Shown: one piece after another, positions 59,890-63,949 of the stretch
How positions within the stretch are numbered: the stretch's first letter is position 1
Layout of the letters: each line of letters opens with the position of its first letter
Origin: Candidatus Dormiibacterota bacterium
GTDB lineage: Bacteria; Methylomirabilota; Methylomirabilia; Rokubacteriales; CSP1-6
Direction of reading: 5' to 3'
DNA length: 63,949 nt
Assembly (NCBI GenBank): GCA_035569855.1
Contig: DATMMH010000223.1
Span: forward strand, 1-63,949
Notes under the pieces: generated by a model
Seen by the model: the letters and a program-made list of their open reading frames with translations, nothing else
Database searches by the model: none
What the model was told of the DNA's origin: nothing
Program-made: the position numbers and the translations under genes

Positions 59890-61527
59890 ATGAAGGCGGT
59901 CGCCGCCGTTGCCGAGATCCTGAAGCGCGAAGGTACCACCTTTCTGATCGGCTATCCGGTGAACCCGATCATCGAGGCGGCCGCCCAAGCCGACATCCGC
60001 ACCATCATCGTGCGCCAGGAGCGCACCGGTCTCCACATGGCGGACGCGGTGAGCCGGATCACCTCCGGCCAGAAGATCGGCGTGTTCACCATGCAGCACG
60101 GGCCCGGATCAGAAAATGCCTTCGGGGGCGTGGCCCAGGCCTACGGCGACTCGGTGCCGATCGTGGTGCTGCCCGGCGGCTACCCGCGCCGCATCACCAA
60201 CATCCCGCCCAACTTCAACTCGTTCATCAACTACCGCAACGTCACCAAGTGGTGCGAGCAGGTCATCATGGGCGACGCGGTGCCCGACGCGATGCGCCGG
60301 GCCTTCACCCAGGTGAAGAACGGCCGCCCGCGACCGGTGCTGGTGGAGATTCCCGTCGACGTCTACCAGGAGGAGGTGCCGGAGCCGCTCAACTACAAGG
60401 CGACGCCACGCACCCGGGTCGCGCCGGATCCCGACGCGGTGACCGAGGCCGCGCGGATCCTCGTGGAAGCGGAACGTCCGGTGATCTACGCGGGCCAGGG
60501 CGTGCACTACGCGCGCGCGTGGCAGCAGCTGCGCGAGCTGGCCGAGCTGCTCGAGGCACCGGTCACCACCAGCCTCGAGGGCAAGAGCGCGTTCCCGGAG
60601 AACCACCCGTTGTCGCTGGGCTCGGGCGGCCGGTCCATGCCCAAGACGGTCCACGAGTTCCTCAAGAACTCGGACGTGATCTTCGGCATCGGCTGCAGCT
60701 TCTCGACCACGAACTACGGCGTGACGATGCCGAAAGGCAAGACCATCATCCACTCCACCATCGACGTGGCCGATCTCAACAAGGACATCGTGGCCGAGCA
60801 CGCGGTCATCGGTGACGCGGGCCTCGTGCTGGACGCGCTGCTCGCCGAGGTGCGCGATCGCCTGAAGGGCAAGCCCCGCGGCCGCAAGGCCGAGGTGACC
60901 AAGCAGATCGCGACCATGAAGGGTGAGTGGCTGGCCCAGTGGATGCCCAAGCTAACGTCCAACGACAAGCCGCTCTCGCCCTACCGCGTGATATGGGACC
61001 TGCTGCACACGGTGGACGCCGCCAACACCATCATCACTCACGACGCGGGCAGCCCGCGGGACCAGCTCTCTCCCTTCTGGGAGAGCACGCACCCGCTCAC
61101 CTACATCGGCTGGGGCAAGACCACCCAGCTCGGCTACGGCCTCGGCTTGGCGATGGGCGCCAAGCTCGCCAAGCCGGAGTCGCTCTGCATCAACGTGTGG
61201 GGCGACGCGGCGATCGGCTTCACCGGCATGGACTTCGAGACCGCGGTGCGCGAGCGCATCCCGATCCTCTCGATCCTGCTCAACAACTTCTCCATGGCCA
61301 TCGAGCTGCCGATCATGAAGACGGCCACCGAGAAGTACCGCTCGACCGACATCAGCGGCCACTGCGCGGACATGGCGAAGGCCTTCGGCGGCTACGGCGA
61401 GCGCATCACCGAGCCCGGCGAGATCATCCCCGCGCTCAAGCGCGGCATCGCCAAGACCCGCGACGGCGTCCCCGTCCTGCTGGAGTTCATCACCGAGAAA
61501 GAGATCAACTTCTCGATCTTCAAATAG
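59890..61527 (+). CDS. thiamine-diphosphate-dependent enzyme (acetolactate synthase-like family)
   Basis: 545 aa. The N-terminal Pyr domain shows RQERTGLHMADA. The TPP motif is GDAAIGFTGMDFETAVRERIPILSILLNN. Confidence 0.85.
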   Translation: MKAVAAVAEILKREGTTFLIGYPVNPIIEAAAQADIRTIIVRQERTGLHMADAVSRITSGQKIGVFTMQHGPGSENAFGGVAQAYGDSVPIVVLPGGYPRRITNIPPNFNSFINYRNVTKWCEQVIMGDAVPDAMRRAFTQVKNGRPRPVLVEIPVDVYQEEVPEPLNYKATPRTRVAPDPDAVTEAARILVEAERPVIYAGQGVHYARAWQQLRELAELLEAPVTTSLEGKSAFPENHPLSLGSGGRSMPKTVHEFLKNSDVIFGIGCSFSTTNYGVTMPKGKTIIHSTIDVADLNKDIVAEHAVIGDAGLVLDALLAEVRDRLKGKPRGRKAEVTKQIATMKGEWLAQWMPKLTSNDKPLSPYRVIWDLLHTVDAANTIITHDAGSPRDQLSPFWESTHPLTYIGWGKTTQLGYGLGLAMGAKLAKPESLCINVWGDAAIGFTGMDFETAVRERIPILSILLNNFSMAIELPIMKTATEKYRSTDISGHCADMAKAFGGYGERITEPGEIIPALKRGIAKTRDGVPVLLEFITEKEINFSIFK

Positions 61528-61547
61528 TCGCGTCTCCCTCCCCTCCA

Positions 61548-61581
61548 CCCTCTCCCTTCCGGGAGAGGGCAGGGTGAGGGG
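61548..61581. repeat. REP-like hairpin element / terminator
   Basis: CCCTCTCCC-ttcc-GGGAGAGGG is a 9-bp stem (61548-61569), followed by CAGGGTGAGGGG. This sequence type recurs intergenically in many high-GC genomes. Confidence 0.45.
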
Positions 61582-61593
61582 GTCGGAGCGGTC

Positions 61594-62085
61594 ATGACCT
61601 TTCGCCTCGCCTCGATGTCGGTCCCGATCCTCGTCCTCACCGTCATCCTTCTCGCGCTGCCGCTCGCGCTTCTGCTCCTGGCCGCCCGCTGGACGCCGCT
61701 GCTCCTCGGACCCGCGGTCTTCATCCTCGTGATCTACGCGTGGGTCTGGCTCCGCTGCCGCCCGACCGCGTTCGTGGTGCACCCGAGGATCCTCGAGGTG
61801 ACCTGGCCGCTCAAGCGCCGGGAGATCCCCCGTGACGACATCTCCGCGGTGCGCGCCCTCGATCGGCAGACGCTCCGCCGCGAAGTGGGCTGGGGCATGC
61901 GGGTGGGCGCGGGTGGCCTCTTCGGGGCATTCGGCTATTTGTGGACCACGAGGCGCGGGCTCGTGCGGATGTACGTCTCGCGGACCGACCGGTTCGTGTG
62001 GATCGAGCGGAAGAGCGACCGCCCGTGGCTCGTCACGCCCGATCAGCCGGACGCCTTCGTCCGGGCCCTGGCGGCCCGTGATTGA
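61594..62085 (+). CDS. membrane protein with bacterial PH (bPH)-like domain
   Basis: There are two N-terminal TM helices, then VVHPRILEVTWPLKRREIPRDDISAVR...WIERKSDRPWLVTPDQPDAF. Confidence 0.65.
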   Translation: MTFRLASMSVPILVLTVILLALPLALLLLAARWTPLLLGPAVFILVIYAWVWLRCRPTAFVVHPRILEVTWPLKRREIPRDDISAVRALDRQTLRREVGWGMRVGAGGLFGAFGYLWTTRRGLVRMYVSRTDRFVWIERKSDRPWLVTPDQPDAFVRALAARD

Positions 62086-62587
62086 TCTCACCTACCGCTC
62101 GCCGAAGACCGAGGTACGCCCGAGCCCGATTCACGGCACCGGTCTGTTCGCCGCGCAAGCCATCGCGACGGGCGAGATCGTCGCGGTCAAGGGTGGCCAC
62201 GTGCTCACGCGAGCTCAGTGGACCGCCCTCGAACCCACGCTCGGCGCCGCCGAGATCCAGATCGCGGAGGACCTCTTCATCGCGCCGGTGCGACCGGATC
62301 ACCGCCACGGCAGCATGCTCTACACCAACCACTCCTGCGATCCCAACCTGGCCATCCAGGGCCAGATCGTCCTGGTCGCGATGCGGGACATCGCCGCCGG
62401 CGAGGAGCTCACGATCGACTGGGCCACCACCGACGACGGGGACTACGAGCTGGCCTGCCGGTGCGGCAGCCCGCGCTGCCGCGGCACGGTGACCGGCAAG
62501 GACTGGATGAAGCCGGAGCTGCAGGCCAGGTACGAGGGATGGTTCTGCTGGTTTCTCCAGCGGAAGATCGCCCGCGGGATCGGGTAG
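62078..62587 (+). CDS. SET-domain protein (putative lysine methyltransferase)
   Basis: GTG 62078 overlaps the upstream stop by 8 nt. IHGTGLFA, YTNHSCDPN, EELTIDW and a post-SET CRCGSPRCRG are present. Confidence 0.8.
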   Translation: MIDLTYRSPKTEVRPSPIHGTGLFAAQAIATGEIVAVKGGHVLTRAQWTALEPTLGAAEIQIAEDLFIAPVRPDHRHGSMLYTNHSCDPNLAIQGQIVLVAMRDIAAGEELTIDWATTDDGDYELACRCGSPRCRGTVTGKDWMKPELQARYEGWFCWFLQRKIARGIG

Positions 62588-62590
62588 GTC

Positions 62591-63028
62591 GTGCTACTCG
62601 ACCTGATCGCGCTGCTGAGCACGGGGCTCTTCGCCGGCGCCGCGCTGTACGTCACCCTGGTCGAGCACCCGGCGCGGCTTCAATGCGGCATCGCGGCCGC
62701 GGTCACCGAGTTCGGCCCGAGCTATCGGCGGGCGGCCGTGCTGCAGGCGTCGCTCGCCGCGGTGGGAGGCCTCGCGGGGGTCGCCGCGTGGTCGCGCGGC
62801 CATGGGCCGGCGACGCTGATCGCCGGCCTGCTGCTCGTCGCGATCATCGCGTTCACTCTGATCGTGATTCTGCCGACGAACAAGCGGCTGCTGGATCCCA
62901 CGCTCGACCCGGGCTCCGCGGAGGCTGCGACGCTCCTGGCGCGCTGGGGTCGCCTGCACGCCTTCCGTACGCTGGCGGGCGCCGTCGCGTTCCTCCTCCT
63001 GGGCCTCCACCTCATCGGAGCGCTCTGA
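62591..63028 (+). CDS. DUF1772-family membrane protein (anthrone-oxygenase-like)
   Basis: 145 aa with 4 predicted TM helices. GLFAGAALYVTLVEHPA and the ILPTNKRLL motif are present. Confidence 0.7.
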   Translation: MLLDLIALLSTGLFAGAALYVTLVEHPARLQCGIAAAVTEFGPSYRRAAVLQASLAAVGGLAGVAAWSRGHGPATLIAGLLLVAIIAFTLIVILPTNKRLLDPTLDPGSAEAATLLARWGRLHAFRTLAGAVAFLLLGLHLIGAL

Positions 63029-63030
63029 CC

Positions 63031-63762
63031 ATGGCGGCGGATCGTGGGAGCGCCGTCGTGACGCCGGAACGCTTCGCGAGCGGGATGACCTTCGAGCAGT
63101 ACATGGCGTTCATCGGCACACCCGAGAACCTCGCGCGTGAGGCCGGCTGGTGGCGCGGCCCCGAGCGCATGGACTGGAGCGGCCCGCTCCGGACCTGGTA
63201 CGGGGGGCTGCGGCTCCACGACCACCAAGTCGAGGCGATCCGATGGCTGGCCGCGCAGCCGAGCGGCCCGGCGAAGATTCTCGTGATCTCGGAAGAGTGG
63301 TCGTCGGACTGCCGCCGCGCGGTCCCGCCGCTCGCGCGACTGGCCGAGGCCGGAGGACTCGAGCTCCGCATCTTCCCACGCGACGGGCTCACGGTCGGTC
63401 GCGAGGCGAGAGCGAACCCGGCCGACTCCCCGAACGCCGATCTCATGAGCGAATTCTTGCGGGAGCGAGACGGGCGTACCTACCAGTCGATCCCGGTCGT
63501 CGTCTTCTACACGAGGGGAATGGAGTACCTGTATCACTTCACCGAGAGGCCCGCGATCTACCATCCCGACCGCCTGTCCGGGGCCATGCGGGCGTCCAGA
63601 TCAGGCGAGACGGCGGAGGAGACGTGGGAGCGCTTCATGCGGGAGTGGGCCGCGATGCAGCGGTCGCCATTTTTCAAGGTGTGGGCCTTCGCGGGGATCG
63701 ACGAGATGCTGTCGGCGTTGTACGAACGGATCGTCCTGGGGAGGGTCGCGAATTGTGAATAG
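63031..63762 (+). CDS. thioredoxin-fold protein, monothiol variant
   Basis: ATG 63031 lies 2 nt after the upstream stop. ILVISEEWSSDCRRAVP occupies the position of a W-C-x-x-C motif, with the first Cys replaced by Ser. IPVVVFY follows. Confidence 0.6.
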   Translation: MAADRGSAVVTPERFASGMTFEQYMAFIGTPENLAREAGWWRGPERMDWSGPLRTWYGGLRLHDHQVEAIRWLAAQPSGPAKILVISEEWSSDCRRAVPPLARLAEAGGLELRIFPRDGLTVGREARANPADSPNADLMSEFLRERDGRTYQSIPVVVFYTRGMEYLYHFTERPAIYHPDRLSGAMRASRSGETAEETWERFMREWAAMQRSPFFKVWAFAGIDEMLSALYERIVLGRVANCE

Positions 63763-63949
63763 CGCCGTCGCCTTCGCCATCCTGGCCGGCGTGTCCGCGG
63801 CGACCTGGACCGTCTGCCTCAAGCTCGGCTCCGCGCGGATCAGCGCCGTGGTCGGCGCGATGGTGATCACCAGCGTGGCCCTCGTGGTCAACTCGGTCGT
63901 GCTGACCGTCATGCGCGCGGGAGGCCACGAGATCGTCTGGAGCCGCGAT
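63755..63949 (+). CDS. membrane protein, 3' end cut by window edge (EamA/SMR-like?)
   Basis: GTG 63755 overlaps the upstream stop by 8 nt. The frame stays open to the window end and is hydrophobic (VNSAVAFAILAGVSAATWTVCLKLG...VVGAMVITSVALVVNSVVL). It is absent from the ORF track because it has no stop. Confidence 0.45.
   Translation, partial: MNSAVAFAILAGVSAATWTVCLKLGSARISAVVGAMVITSVALVVNSVVLTVMRAGGHEIVWSRD

Noticed and set aside
1-63949. Search for mobile elements, integration sites, rRNA/tRNA genes and CRISPR arrays
   Set aside because: I found no transposase, integrase or recombinase motifs, no long terminal inverted or direct repeats, and no short repeat-spacer arrays by eye. Absence cannot be proven without tools.

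Overview
This is a 63.9-kb chromosomal segment of roughly 68-70% GC from a high-GC bacterium. The gene content resembles soil Rokubacteria/Methylomirabilota- or Deltaproteobacteria-like genomes, but that is a guess and not a search result. I call about 75 densely packed protein-coding genes, many with 1-14 nt start/stop overlaps. By eye I found no rRNA, tRNA, CRISPR array, transposase or integrase. The high GC fills the six-frame track with long Arg/Gly/Pro/Ala-rich shadow ORFs, which I rejected. Many real genes are only the C-terminal part of a listed ORF, so I re-picked their starts from RBS and overlap context; start codons are the least certain part of the annotation. All functional calls rest on motifs I recognise in the translations, because no database search was possible. 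Most of the window is ordinary metabolism and transport: hydrolases, SDRs, Zn-ADHs, a PQQ dehydrogenase, a DUF35/thiolase/enoyl-CoA hydratase/carboxyltransferase cluster, a D-aminoacylase, a sugar and a peptide ABC importer that both lack an ATPase gene, an enolase-superfamily enzyme and a TPP enzyme. Housekeeping genes include rluE, a TrmH methyltransferase and a SUI1/YciH homologue. Six loci deserve a second look. (1) At 35869..38388, a Cache sensor gene and an ECF sigma gene are followed by a soluble zf-HC2 anti-sigma fused to an Ogt/MGMT alkyltransferase and an Ada-type Cys4 zinc domain. (2) At 23181..27723, behind a 424-nt lower-GC structured spacer, sits a four-gene operon: a helical protein, an SPFH/YdjI-like protein with a double zinc ribbon, a 496-aa double-zinc-ribbon protein and a small membrane protein. 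It converges on a PD-(D/E)xK nuclease-fold gene. (3) At 15517..20766 there is a sigma-less partner-switching cluster: an RsbW-like kinase, FecR, OmpA, a CHASE2-PP2C phosphatase and a STAS protein, with an embedded MBL-fold hydrolase. (4) At 44866..49373, a LigD/Ku NHEJ locus has a MerR-HTH/TPR gene translationally coupled to ku. (5) At 50122..55101, a GatC/AtzG-like 70-aa ORF is coupled to an amidase behind the peptide ABC genes. (6) At 61594..63949, a tight operon encodes a bPH membrane protein, a SET-domain protein, a DUF1772 protein, a monothiol thioredoxin-like protein and a membrane protein.
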